Source: Callorhinchus milii (lineage: Eukaryota). Taken from it: a stretch of 64,000 bases of DNA. Where the stretch lies: assembly GCF_018977255.1 (NCBI RefSeq), contig NW_024704749.1, forward strand, positions 14,632,001-14,696,000. Direction: 5' to 3'. Under the pieces are notes generated by a model. That model was not told where the DNA came from, did not search any database, and worked only from the letters and a program-made list of their open reading frames with translations. The first letter of the stretch is position 1. Each line of letters begins with the position of its first letter. The position numbers were made by a program, and so were the translations under genes. Positions 1 through 12,127 of this stretch are shown here, in pieces.

Positions 1-211
1 CGTCTTGTAGGACATCAACGAACTTTGGGCAAATTGATTGGTGGGACATTTCAGCGGACAATGGCCGGTTAATGTTGCGTTTCTGCGCTATCTGTGGCTC
101 GATTCAATTTGACGAAGCAATGCGTCTCTCTGATCTCGTGCTGTCTGCCTTCTCAGTGCCGAGCCTGCTGTTTGACTAATGTTGCCGTCGTTCTTCGAGT
201 GATTAACTCAC

Positions 212-336
212 CGAATGGTTCAAGCTTTGCGGATCCAGAAAGACTGAACCGGCGCCTTTGGGGTTAATGGCAGCAGTTTGGGCCTCAGATGGATTTGTCG
301 CTTGCTTAGTATCCCTCCCAAGGGGCCAAGAGCAGT
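212..336 (-). other. Candidate internal exon (125 nt), host transcript unknown
   Basis: Minus-strand acceptor tttcctctgtcgtgtttgctgcag and donor TCG|GTGAGT. One open frame (CSWPLGRDTKQATNPSEAQTAAINPKGAGSVFLDPQSLNHS) with no recognisable homology. Confidence 0.25.
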
Positions 337-430
337 CTGCAGCAAACACGACAGAGGAAACACCAGCCCGATGATGGGTATAATGCTGCCTATTAAACTT
401 TACACTTGTATCACGTCTTGTTATAATTCA

Positions 431-530
431 TAATGATAGTAATCCTTGCATTTGATATAATAATCCTCATCACCTCATCGAAGCATCTCAAGGCCCTTCA
501 CGGAATTTTACCTTGTAGTGGAGTGATTGC
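431..530 (-). mobile_element. SINE 3' tail fragment (degraded)
   Basis: aatccttgcatttgatat... is the reverse complement of the family tail atatcaaatgcaaggattatt. Confidence 0.7.
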
Positions 531-788
531 ATAGTTGTAGATGGACAAAATTTATCAGTTCCTGTTAACCCTGCGCGCCAAAGCCCTGATGGGTAAGGGT
601 GGTTGTTGCTTGACATGCAGCGGAAAGCTTTAACAGGCAGTGCTTTCAATGGCAAGCTCATGGGTCTTTCGCGGGTTAAACTCCAGAGGACCCCAACACC
701 TACTCTGGGAGCACCCAAGCCGTGGCCTTTGAAAGCCTACGCCTAACACGCTCTGGTTTAAGGTAAGCAAGGTGCGTCCCTCTGAATA

Positions 789-925
789 GAGTGTGCATTC
801 CGTTCCAAACAGGGGAATTTTCCGCGTGTCGGTGGGCTGCACGGAACTCAGATGGGTTCGGATAATCTTAAGCGTGGTGATGGGCTTCTGCACGTGCGAG
901 ACACCTGGCTGACCAAATACAAACT
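789..925 (+). repeat. Unclassified interspersed repeat, copy 1
   Basis: gagtgtgcattcc...ggaatttt...gacacctggctgaccaaatacaaa aligns by eye with 6911-7050 and 62612-62734. Confidence 0.7.
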
Positions 926-1151
926 GCGGCAAAACACACAGTGGCGTTTATTGAAGAGAAGGAAACATCACAAAGACTTCTTGTGTCACCGAGAGCACAG
1001 TGCTGGCACAAGGCAGGAAGAGTTCCATTTGCTTTGCACTCATTGAAATTGGCAGATCTCCTTTAAGATGCAATCGCGTGCTAAAACGAAGCCCAGTTGT
1101 TTCTGCCGCACAAAGGCGGAATAAAAGGCACCCTTTTATTCCAAACAAAAT

Positions 1152-1276
1152 TTGTGTTTCGCCCACAAATATACAGTCAATGCACTTTACAGTGTATTCT
1201 GTGAAGCTCTTTGAGACGTCTCGAAGATGTGAAAAGCGCTATATCAAATGCAAGGATTATTGTTATCATTATTATT
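1152..1276 (+). mobile_element. 5'-truncated tRNA-derived SINE (tail)
   Basis: cgcccacaaatatacagtcaa...gaagctctttgagacgtctcgaagatgtgaaaagcgctatatcaaatgcaaggattatt. Confidence 0.9.
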
Positions 1277-1310
1277 GCTGCAGGGCAAGACATGGCATTG
1301 CCAGTCAGCT

Positions 1311-1365
1311 TCAAGGGCTCTGGGACGCTCCCCTGCGTGAGGGGCGCTATAAATTGTTATTGTTT
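1311..1365 (+). mobile_element. L2-type 3' terminus
   Basis: gggctctgggacgctcccctgcgtgaggggcgctataaattgttattgtt. Same tail type as 2839-2890, 20492-20558 and 56310-56365. Confidence 0.6.
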
Positions 1366-1626
1366 GGTGTCAACCGTCGAATGGAAATTTGGTGATTTAT
1401 ACCCTGCTCGATTACGTACTGTGTGTCTGCAGCAACGAGGCTGTTTGCACTGCTCGGTCTGGCATGTACCATAGGACGGAGAAAAAACATTTGAATGATG
1501 CTGATTCCATGGTTTGATTCAAATCCACCCTGAATTGATATTATGCATGGATGCTGGAATAAGTGTTTAGATTGGGTGCTTTCATTTGGAAGATTCTGCT
1601 GTGATTGTAACGAAGGTGACATGATG

Positions 1627-1652
<26 letters not shown>
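1627..1652. repeat. (CT)n microsatellite
   Basis: Direct reading. Confidence 0.95.
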
Positions 1653-1658
<6 letters not shown>

Positions 1659-1771
1659 TTTTCCCCTTTTATTCTATTTTTACATTACAGCGATTTGCAG
1701 GAGAATGCAGCATTACATCAATTGCAATTAGTTTAATTAATTGCAACGAATTAATTAATTACATCAAATAA

Positions 1772-1938
1772 AATTGATCACTCACTCCACGGCTGTTTGC
1801 GGGACCTTGCCGTGTGCAACTGGCTTCTGTGTTTCGCCCACAAAATACAAGGTCAGTGCGCTTTGCTGTATATTCTCTGAAGCACTTTGAGACATCTCAG
1901 TGACATGATAAGGCACAATATCAAAATTATTATAATTA
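1772..1938 (+). mobile_element. SINE 3' half (older copy)
   Basis: ggctgtttgcgggaccttgccgtgtgcaactggc...gaagcactttgagacatctc...tgataaggc. Confidence 0.85.
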
Positions 1939-1984
1939 TCACATGCTAACCCATATGGTCTAGACTGATAAAATTGGAGAGATG

Positions 1985-2185
1985 TTTAACTGAGGTCCCA
2001 CCTGCCTATTCAGGTGGACGTTAAAGATCCTGTGGCACAATTCAGAAAGAGAAGCGAGTCTCTCTGAGTTTCTTAGCCAATGATTCCCCCAAGTAAAAAT
2101 AAATGTTCTTTCAGTTGGTGAATGGTTGTGGGACATTGCTGCGTGCAAACCGGCAGTCGTGTTCGCCTACAAAATGCAGTAAAAG
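1985..2185 (+). mobile_element. SacSINE1-like DeuSINE fragment
   Basis: cctgcctattcaggtggacgttaaagatcctgtggcac (Deu-domain-like) followed by gtgggacattgctgcgtgcaaa. Confidence 0.8.
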
Positions 2186-2297
2186 GCACTATACCAAATA
2201 TTTCATCAACACAAATCTTTGCTTATTTAGGTGTTTTGACAACTTTGGCATCCACCAGGAAGCGATGAATTGCACAGCTTTACAGAGAACATTGCAG

Positions 2298-2630
2298 CAA
2301 ATATACAGGCCATTCAGCCCAACAAGTCTGTACCAGTGTTTCCACTCCACACAAACCTCCATCTCTCCTATTCCCCTCTCCCCCATGTATTCATGAATCT
2401 TGTTTAAATATATTTGATTTTTTTTTGCTTCAATCACTGCCTCTGGCAATGATTCCATGTTACATAATCTCACCAACCTCTGCTTGATCTGCTACTGACG
2501 ATATTATATTTATGCTCCACTTGTTTCAGACTAAGTGGAAACAACCCTCCACCCTTTTTGGAAACTTAAACATCTTCATCGGGTCCCCTCTCAATCATCT
2601 CACCTCTTGGGAGAACAAGCTCACAGTTTG
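2298..2630 (-). mobile_element. CR1-clade LINE 3' fragment (degraded)
   Basis: Minus frame SLPEAVIEAK...YMGERGI resembles the CR1 ORF2 C-terminus; aggccattcagccc 3' UTR motif. Confidence 0.7.
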
Positions 2631-2728
2631 CTTTGCTCTTTTTTCTTTCCCAGTGTGTCCATCCCCATTTGTAGCGTTTTAAATCTCTCTCACAATGACG
2701 TTCAACAAGAAAGGCAAACGTTTTGACA

Positions 2729-2750
2729 GAGAGAGAGAGAGAGAGAGAGA
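2729..2750. repeat. (GA)n microsatellite
   Basis: Direct reading. Confidence 0.95.
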
Positions 2751-2838
2751 ATTACGTGAGTGTGTGCTGTCTGGCTATAAATAGGAGAAAAGGCTATTGA
2801 TGTGAAACTCCACTGAAACAGATAACAGACATGTCTCA

Positions 2839-2890
2839 GCAACAACTTGCATTTATATAGCGCCCCTCAAGCAGGTAGCATCCCAGAGCA
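2839..2890 (-). mobile_element. L2-type 3' terminus
   Basis: caacaacttgcatttatatagcgcccctcaagcaggtagcatcccagagc. Confidence 0.7.
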
Positions 2891-3699
2891 CAACAAGGAG
2901 GTGTCTGAGTCTCCAGTGTATTTAAACACTGGGGACAAAGTACTCGGGTAGGCACACAGAGACATCAACAGGCGAGGGTCAAAACAGAAATGAAAAATAA
3001 TGCACAGAATGAAATGGGAAGACAAGAGCGTGACCAGAAATATTCTCGGACGTGCTGCTAAGGCTTAAATGTTGTGGGCGCGCTTGATAACTCTGCCAAC
3101 TGTTCCCTTTGAAACACTGTTCGGATGCCAGCTGGCTCGCCCCTATATAAACCTCCTGCAGTGCCAACCTCAACTCAACAAGGTCAATGTGAGAGCCCCA
3201 TTCCAATGGGCCGCCCAAGCCTTGGACGCATTGGCAGACACTGAGTTCAGTGTCCCGGTAAAGTTGGTGGTTTAGGTATCAGTCCACTGCATCATTAACC
3301 AGTCGTATTGAACAAAACAGAAAGGAATACCTTAGCCCGACAGAATCACCTTTGATTCCTTGCAGCCTTCATAACCCTCGACGGGAATATTAATAAGGAA
3401 TGCAGTTAGCCAATATCGAGAGTAAATAGCTCCTTGTGTGTGGAAACACAAACACAGGAAGTCATTTAATCTGTTTTGCTAGTTTATTAGATCATGCCAG
3501 AATCCCATTAACCTACTTTTTTTCCCCAAACCTCTTAATACATTGGCTTCCTAAGTTATCTATTCCCTCCGCCCTCTCTCTCCCTTCCACCTCTTCTTCC
3601 CCCGTCCTTCCATCTCGCTCTATCCCTCTCTGTCCCTTTTCTCCATCTCTCTCTCTCTATCTCGCTATTAAATATCCCCATCGATATTGCGATGGTGGC

Positions 3700-3865
3700 C
3701 AATGTGGCAGTGCGTTCCTTCTGCTGGCAAACATCACACCATTTGTATCTCATATACCCCACGAAATACAGTCAATTAATTCACTTTAAAGTATATTCCG
3801 TGAAGCACTTTGAAAAGTCTCAACGACGTGATAAGGCACAATAACAAATGCACGGATTATTATAT
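3700..3865 (+). mobile_element. SINE tail fragment
   Basis: aaatacagtcaattaattcactttaaagtatattccgtgaagcactttg...cgtgataaggc...ggattattat. Confidence 0.75.
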
Positions 3866-4521
3866 CGTAATATTATATCGATGGTGCACAGAACTATCCC
3901 TCGCCAGCACCGCTTTGGTTTCCAGGTTTCTCTCAAAGCCGATTTAACTGGCCGCGGTAAACGGACCTGGTTAGCGTTATTTGGTCCAAGTCTGGGCAAC
4001 CCAAGCGGAGGAGACAGCTAGAGTTGTGCAAGAGGGACAGTTGGCTGATAAAGCACAAGCTGCTTCGATTGAATCTCATTCTGAAAGGCAGAAACAAAGA
4101 GGCAACACCGATTAAAAAAAAACATTCGGCAGTAAAGAGCAGGGTGTTGTTCGGTTTCATTTAACACGTTGCTGTCAAAAACCTGTAGGGGTCACAGTTG
4201 GATCACGGAGTGAACATCAGTAAATTGTGCACATAGGAAATTAGAAGTGTTGTGCTTCACTTCTCTTTTAAACTATACATCATAAAGCAGCACGAGACAA
4301 AGTGTGTAGCTGATCACAGTGGGGCCACCTTGTGTTTTATTTCTTCCCTGTTACGAAAGCTAGTTTGGATCATTAGACCCAGCATCCTTTCCCTTCTCCG
4401 CAAGGTGGGTTTGAGAGAATTACCCGCAATTAGAAGAGAGAGCTTGTCATTTTATTCCCAACTCATCTCTCGGAGAACGAAGCCCTTCAACTTTGCGATG
4501 CTTGTGGCTTGTTGAGGATAG

Positions 4522-4872
4522 AATAATAATCCTGGCGTTCGATACGGCGCCTTATCAAGTCTTCGAGACATCTCAAAGCGCTTCACAGGATACACTGTAA
4601 AGTGAATTGACTGTATATTTTGACAGCCAATTTCACACAGCAGTGTCCCGTAAACAGTTGTGGACTGAGTCACCAATTTTTTTTAAGGGAATGTTTCCCC
4701 GGGAAAACTATCCACCAAATTGACTAACAACCGGGTTCCTACTTACTGGTAGGTAAACAGAGGCGTGCGGAGTAAGGAAACCTGTCCCACGTTTCGCCCT
4801 GCCCGGGAATCAAATCGAACCTGGGTCCTCTCGCTTGCGAGGGGAGTGCCCTAAACCAATACTCTGCAGCTC
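4522..4872 (-). mobile_element. Full-length tRNA-derived SINE, older long subfamily
   Basis: tRNA-like head (gagtattggtttagggcactc...ggttcgat), extra internal segment cctctgtttacctaccagtaagtaggaacc..., and the family tail. Confidence 0.9.
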
Positions 4873-4934
4873 AGTCTGCTTGATGGAGTTCTCCACAGTA
4901 ATAAATCAGAGCTGGCTTACTTCCTTCTTCCTGT

Positions 4935-5090
4935 ATAAAGCTTGCACTCGATCAAGCACCTTATAACGTTGCCCAGAAGCTTCAAAGAGCTTCGCAGGAT
5001 TTCACTGCCGAGGCATCTGTGTCTTTGATGATGAAATGGGACAGACAATTTGCGCACAGCAATGTCCCACACCCACCCATAAAGTGAATG
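4935..5090 (-). mobile_element. SINE 3' fragment (old)
   Basis: caatttgcgcacagcaatgtcccac plus a degraded tail. Confidence 0.7.
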
Positions 5091-5769
5091 CCCAATTTTA
5101 TCCTCTCTATCAACGCCTGGAGTGATTGTTGCTCCATTGCTGAGTATCGAACCAACCAGTAACTGAGCCAAACCGGGAGCAACGCTGGGAGTGGAAACAT
5201 TCAAACCCACTTTACATTCCAGTGACTTCTGGGCAACCCTTGAATTCTTAACACACCCTGAAAGTTTGAACAATACCAGATGTGGAGCAAAATGATCGCC
5301 AAGGCGTGTTGTACCACAAAACACTTTAAAAGAGACAACATTGATGCCAGCTATTAACAGTACCAGAGCACATCTGGTGAGGGGTGTGAACAGGAGCACT
5401 CTCTTAAACATCACAGGACAAGAGACACCAGCGAGACTAGTTGTTTGTAGCAAGTGATAGGTTCAGATGTGCTGGCAGACACGACACTAGGAGTGAGTTC
5501 GCTGCTGCTACTCATCAACAAAATGTAGCTTATTTTGTCGGAAAAAGGAGGTCTTTTTTTAAGCCGATTTAGTACCGAACCCCGAATTAAACGCTCAACC
5601 CAGTGGAACACGATTCCTGGAGTGGTCCGCAAATTTCCGTGCTTTGTGCCTTGCCGTTTTGAATCTCGGGCAAGATGAAACTAGGGCAGGTGTCACCTTA
5701 ACGCTAATAGGAATGGAGGCGCAATCACTGTCTTGAATATAACCGGACCGATGTTTAATAAAAAAAAAC

Positions 5770-6030
5770 GACCGCCTGTTCAGGTGGATGTTACAGATCC
5801 TGCGGCACTATTCAAAAAGACAAGAGGGTTTCTCTCTTCGTGTCCTGGCCAACAATTTCCCAAATAAAGTCAGTCACTCACTTCAAGGTTGTTTGTGGGA
5901 CATCTCTATGTGCAAACTGGCTGCCGTGTTTGGCCCACAAAACACAAGGTCGATCAGTCTCCTTGACGTGATAAGGTGCTATATCCGGTGCAAGGATTAT
6001 TATTATCATCAGTAGTAATAATAATAATAC
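5770..6030 (+). mobile_element. SacSINE1-like DeuSINE fragment with (ATT)n tail
   Basis: cctgttcaggtggatgttacagatcctgcggcactattc...gtttgtgggacatc...caaggattattatt. Confidence 0.85.
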
Positions 6031-6910
6031 CATTGTTATCTGTTCACTCACTGGCGTTGTCATTTTCCATTGCCACCACATTGTCCGTCGAATCGCTCTT
6101 CGGTGTTCACTGACAAACGCTCAATCTGTGAGATAAGCTGTGCAGTTTGGTATATTTAATAAATTGTATTGGCAACTGTTGTGCTCAGCTCTTGCACTGA
6201 GACACACACAGTACGTGATCAGTCAGAGAAATCCAGCGATTGTTTCCAGTGCAGTACACGGGAAGAAAATAAACAGAAAAGGAGAATGATACCAGCCTTC
6301 ACTGCAGTTCTAAGCTGACAAAATAGACCAAGTGCTTGAATCGACTTGCAACTCTCACTTGTGACATGGCTGCAAAAACAAATCTAAAGGTCAGAGAGGT
6401 ATTTATTTATCGCTTAGACTAAATTGCAATGACTTGAACTCATCTTTGTTCTCAACGTCTGCTGCTGCATATTGGACGGACCACATTGAGAAACGACTCA
6501 TTGGCTTATTTTACCAGTTAATAGAATCTTCTTGGAAGGGAATCACCCGAGCCAACAACTGTTCATCAAGAGTCTTTTTTTTCACCGTTCTTATTTTTTT
6601 CCCCCAAAAGTTGTTTCGTATTTTATTCAGTAAAGAGTCTTGACTTTGCCCCCTTGCGTACTAGGCAACAAAGACTTGGTTTACAATCATTGATTGTGTG
6701 ATATTACATTGCAAAAGCCTTTCTCCACTGAAACCACATGATCAATCTCATCTCTCTCTCTCTCTCTCTTTCTCAGTAAGATTTTTGGCATTTTCATCAG
6801 AGCTTTCAAGTTCCGCTCGAGATTGTATTACATTGGCATCGGGGGTGGGGAGGAAATGTGAAATAAAAAAGGGAAAAAGTAATATGCAACCTTTCAGGGA
6901 GAGAGTGAGA

Positions 6911-7050
6911 GAGTGTGCATTCCATTCCAATAAACACCTCTGGAATTTCCTTATATAGGTGGGATGCACGGCACTTCATTTGCTTTGGATACTTGAGCAT
7001 GGAGGTGGCTTTCTGCATGCGTCAGACACCCGGCTGACCAAAAAACAAAC
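6911..7050 (+). repeat. Unclassified interspersed repeat, copy 2
   Basis: gagtgtgcattccattccaa...ggaatttcc...gggatgcacgg...gacacccggctgaccaaaaaacaaa. Confidence 0.7.
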
Positions 7051-7724
7051 CCCAAGGAGAGCACATCTGGTTTTGAGCATCAAATGCCTTTGATTTACTC
7101 TGGCCCAAAGCACAAGCACCTTCTCTGCTCTGGATTGCTCTAAAATGTGGAGAAATGTGGGCTCCCACTCATCCTGGTCCGTTCCCTTTTAACACGGTCC
7201 AATTTTGCTTAATCCTTATGCTTCAACTCGTTGCAATGTCTGGCTCCAGTGAAAATCGGGGTCCCCACTTTACAAAGGTCGGGGAGACGAATTTTCCATC
7301 ATTAAAAAATATTCGCCTCCCGGTTATGGTCTCGCTGCTCTGACAATGGTGCTGCAGTTTGTAAGGACCACACCTGACTTGGCTCATCCATCACGTTGGA
7401 CATTTTTCCTTAAAGTACACATTACAGTGTAATTTCAAACTCATTGAAATGCTGCATGGGGACTGGGCACCAGTGACACAAGTACTGAGCCGTGGAAGAA
7501 ATACAAAACAAGCAGCCTTGATCCATCGTGAAAGAGGGAGGACTGCGAATCAATCCGCTGCTTATTGCTACCAAATTGGTTTGCGGAGAAGGGAAATAAT
7601 TAGCCCAGCAGGTTCGTTGTACCCAGTGAATGAAAGCATTTCTTTTAATAAAACATCATAGACTTCTTTTTTGTGGGGGATGGGAGGGGGGGCAGGACTT
7701 TGAAACCGATTTGCAACTTGGGCT

Positions 7725-7734
7725 TGATTGACAG
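7725..7734 (+). promoter_or_regulatory. Perfect PBX-MEIS/PREP decamer TGATTGACAG
   Basis: Exact match to the known TALE heterodimer motif in unique sequence; function untested. Confidence 0.3.
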
Positions 7735-9122
7735 GTCAAGCACTTTGGAGGGTGAAGGGAAAATTCATCATTGGACCATGACATATCCTTTACTCGCTTG
7801 AAATGGAAGCTCTGATCTCACTGCTGCCTTCTTGGCCCGACTTGGGTTTTCCACACGTTTGGGTTTTTTTTTCCCTTCACTCCCCTCTTCCTCCTCTCCC
7901 CACCTCCCACACCTCCCTTTTTTTCCAAAGCTATTGGATTAGGCACCAATCCCTCTCTGGCATCAGGCTCTGTCACTCTTTAGTGCTACAAGACACTGTC
8001 CCACGTGAACAACAATAACAACAGCTTGGGGTCATGTAGCACCCTTTACGCCAGATGGATTGTCGGAGCACTTGAAGGGCGCTATATTGTTGTTGTTGTT
8101 GACGGTACCTTGCCCCAAAGTGGTCAGTAATTCATGTGCGAGAACTCACCAGACAGTGCATTGAACACCATCAGGAACTAGACCTGACGCTGTTCCTGTG
8201 ATCGAATCTTAAAGGGACCTTTGCAAATAGCAGGCAATTGCCATAAACACAGCGTCAACTCCGATGGATTTTCCAGGACAATCTGTTTTTCCTTAGAAAC
8301 TCCTTAATACCTCGTCTGTGCCTGGCAGGAAATGGGGAGAGAGAGAGAGGAGAGAGAGAGAGACACCTGATCTGCATGTCCAAATATTCATCCTGTATTT
8401 CGCTCATAGCTCACAGACAAGTTGCTGCAAACATTCCCCGAACCCATGGCAGAGCAAATCAAAGTTATGAGAACGATAATATCCGTGATCATAAAAAGCA
8501 TGTAACGCTGCGTCCTTAAGATAAATGGACTGTTGGCCATTTTAGATTAAAATACCCGAAAAGCTAATATTGCAGATAAATGTGATTTATGTTGAAGAAT
8601 GTGCAGAGGGGAAGCTGTTATGACTATTCTCCTCCGGGAGAAGAATAATAAAGGATGGCCTAATGTTACAAAGCTTGCTTTTCACACAGCAGCTGTCATC
8701 ATGACTATCTGTGTCATAGTGAAATCACTGCTATTGATAGGATTTGCAGCAGAGAAACAGGACGGCCAAAAGCAATGTTTATAGCCCAAGAGACCAGGAA
8801 CAGCACCCAGTTAAAGGAAGGTTCAGGAGCCGTGACATTTGATATCTGTTTGCCAGACATTAGCTTGAAGTTTGGGTAGCAATAGAGTGGCAAGCTCCTT
8901 GGTTGTGTGTTTTTCTGGAAGTCAGATAGGTGTCTGACACACGAGGGAACCCATCCCAATGCTGAGGAGCATTTAGACCAGACTGAGGTCCAAATAGGCA
9001 TGTCACTACCAATCTCCTGCACCTGGATTGGAAGAGAAATTTCCCCGGAGCTTGAAAGATGCAACGATTTCAGATAGTGTTCCTTCACAACAACCCATCT
9101 GGTAACCGTTGATACGTCATTT

Positions 9123-9185
9123 CAACAACAACAACAAGATTCCATTTATAGAGCGCCTTTCACGTCGGGAGGACGTCCCAAGGCG
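9123..9185 (-). mobile_element. Young L2 3' terminus with (TTG)n tail
   Basis: Reverse complement is cgccttgggacgtcctcccgacgtgaaaggcgctctataaatggaatcttgttgttgttg, nearly identical to 55079-55141. Confidence 0.85.
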
Positions 9186-10059
9186 ATCTGCAAGAGTGAC
9201 CCTGCCTCACAATCTACTTGCAGTGTGAAGTTCCTGTGCATTGGAACACGACACACTTGAAGGGGTTCACGTTGTTTTGAGTTGGGTGGTCTGCACTAAG
9301 GACTTGGCATGTTTTGATGGCTGTCGTGCCTCTTTAAGGTTTTTCAATTTGGATCTGCACATCTTTCCCAAGCTAAACAAAATCCGACTAAAGCCATTAA
9401 ATAAAATAGACAGCGTATCAGATTTCAATTTGTTTGTGCTTTGTTCTGACTTCTATGCAAACTTTTGGTCTTGGCCCAAGATGTTATAATAGAAATCATT
9501 CACAAGCACACAGCCAGTGATTACAACAAGCTAATCCCTTCCTGCAGCAAACAGTTTAGCCTTGAACAGATGATGAATATAGAAAAACAAATCACTGTTT
9601 CTGGGGATGAAAGTCGCTTCCGTTATCTCTTGCTCCAAGCTCAAATTTATTCTAGATTGCCTCGTTGACCTTTACTGGTACGAAATTGTAAAGCCCCTCA
9701 ATGCCAGCTAGTTTCACTCAATGCTTGGTTGGCGCATTTTGAAGGGTGAACGAGTTGGGTATTTTTTGCAGTGTGTCTTTGAAAAGACCAAATCCTTTGG
9801 TGGGTGGGTGTATGCGCGTGTTCTGGAAGGGTGAGATCAGTTGGACCAAAAGACCTTCGTCCACCAAACTAATCTCGTGGTCTTCTGAAGCGTCAACCGA
9901 ACTAGAAATTTGGAAGAGGAAAGAAAAATGAGAAGCAGAAGAGGAAGATAATGGAGGAATAAATAAACTAGAGTGATATCGCAAGCACGAATAATTTACG
10001 TCTCTCTCCTTGCAGAGACAGTTGACTGACAACAATTGACATTAATTTAATGCATATCA

Positions 10060-10245
10060 GGAGGGTGCTTCAAAGGGCTTGATGTAGCTGACTGCAGTCT
10101 GAGTTGGGGGGGGTGGGGGAGGACCAAACGGACAGAGAAGGTGGCTGAGAGTGCACTTGAAAAGATTTTGATTGCAAGTAGAGAAGGGAGGGGGCAGACG
10201 GAGTTTCAGAAAGCAGGGACAGAATGGTTGAAGGCTTGGTGGCTA
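10060..10245 (-). mobile_element. L2 LINE ORF2 C-terminus/3' UTR fragment (degraded)
   Basis: Resembles the reverse complement of the L2 at 46763-47033 (ggagtttcagaaagcaggg...gaatggttgaaggc). Confidence 0.6.
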
Positions 10246-11750
10246 TTGACATCTTTTGTCCTACCTTTGCTACGTAGATCAGATCACAACACTTTAGAGC
10301 CTGATGTTTTATGAAAGGGATGGCAATAAAACCCAGGCATCTTTTTCCTCTTCTTTTTCTCTCTCAAATGAAAGAGACTGCCTGCCATCGCCACAGGCTG
10401 CTCAGGTGCTCTGAGGTGCTGTGACATGGCTCGTTATGTTCCTGTCAAAACCACTTTGTTTCCGGTTGCCCGCGTGTTGGTTAACGTGAGCCCGCTTTTG
10501 AGGACGTGCCAACATAATGGGATTTCGCATTGAGCGAGCACAGCGACAAATTACTTCAAGCTGATCATGGCTTTACATCGCGACTCTGTAGCCAAACCAA
10601 CAATGAATGTCACCCTCGCAATCCCACACCTGCTGAGTCAAGCCAAACAATATTAAGTGGCAGTATGCCCGAAATAAAGGCAGCAGAATTGGGAGTTTGC
10701 GAGAAGCATCTTGTGCAGCCTCTGATCGATCTCGGAAATGAATTCTGGTAACAATTTTCCCCACCCCAAGAGTATATCTCAAAGCGCTTCACAGGATTAA
10801 CTGTAAAGTGCTGTGTCTGTCTGTCTATTTTTGCAGGCAACCGTGATGGGCCAATTTGTACACAGCAATGTCCCACAAACAGCTACCAGGTCAATGGCCA
10901 CTTTTACTGAACAGAAATGCTGGTTTACTGATCACACCCATTCATTTGTCCTTTTCTCAACATGTTTTGTTTTAGACAAACCCAAGTTGCACGGCATTAT
11001 AGGATGCTCTCTGCGTTATCACGGTACTTAAATAACTAATAACTGTGCATTTGATACAGTGCCTTTCATGTCAGGGGGTGTATCTCAAAGTTGCTTCGCA
11101 GGAGATATTGTAAAGTGCAGTGACTGCATTTTATAGGTGAACATACTTGAGCGTTGAAAAGCTTTGCACTGATGCAAAACTGGGTGCAGAATTGTTGATG
11201 CCAATTGAGCCATGAATCACAAGTCAACCCCACAATTCTGCCACTGAAACACAGTCCAATTATACAACTGTCCTTGTTTCAGTAAAATAACGTCCTCGGA
11301 ATCAGATGAGAAACCCGAGATGAATAACTCTGAAAGAGAAATTTGACGCCGTGTCATTTCTCTGCGAGTATTTTTCCTTTTTTTTTTGGATGGGGGGGAA
11401 ATAAAAACACTAAACGAAAAACAAGATCAATAGTCCTGAGAACAGCAAAAGTATCAGGTTCAGTGAAAACTGGGAGTTAAATCACTTTCGGTGGCATTAA
11501 TTTGGGTGCTGTTCACAGGCTGACAGGCTGTTCGGATCTTTGCTATGAATGCCAAGGATCGGAATCAATACTTATTAGAGCAATTTTTTTGGGTGGGAGG
11601 CAAAAAAAAAAAATGAAATTGTGCTGATTCCAGACACTCTAGCGTCTAGGTTCTGTTTTCCTGTCGTCGCTGAGTGGAAGGAAATTGCATTGACTTTACA
11701 TCATTTGATGGTCAAGGAAGAAGGTGTCATTGAGGACATCTGCTAAGTAG

Positions 11751-11912
11751 TGTCAGCCTGACTCAGCTGGTTCCACTCTTGCCGCTGAGGAAGAAGGCTG
11801 TGGGGTTGGAGTTCCGACTCAAAGACTTGGACCTCATCGTCGAGGCTGATCCTTTAGTGCAGCGTTGGTGGAAACGCCGCATTGTTGGAGGAGCCATCCA
11901 TCAGATAAAACA
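11751..11912 (+). mobile_element. SacSINE1-like DeuSINE 5' part
   Basis: tgtcagcctgactcagctggttccactcttgccgctgag...gaaggctgtgggg... Confidence 0.75.
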
Positions 11913-11929
11913 TCATAAGAAGAAGATTT

Positions 11930-12080
11930 GTTGCATTTGATATGGCGCCTCATCACGTCTTCGAGACGTCTCAAAGCGCTTCAAAGAATATTCTGTAAAG
12001 CGAATTGACCTTGCATTTGTGGGCGAAACACAGCAGCCAATTGTGCACAGCAGTGTTCCACAAACAGTCGTGGATTAACC
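11930..12080 (-). mobile_element. SINE 3' half
   Basis: ttgcatttgatatggcgcctcatcacgtcttcgagacgtctcaaagcgcttc...cacaaacagtcgtggatt. Confidence 0.9.
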
Positions 12081-12084
12081 CAAA

Positions 12085-12127
12085 GATTATTATTATTATG
12101 ATTATGATTATTATTATTATGATAATA
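12085..12127. repeat. (ATT/ATG)n microsatellite
   Basis: Direct reading; source of the poly-Ile ORF. Confidence 0.9.

Noticed and set aside
4917-5453. 178-aa ORF
   Set aside because: Non-ATG start, overlaps a SINE fragment, and has no recognisable domain.
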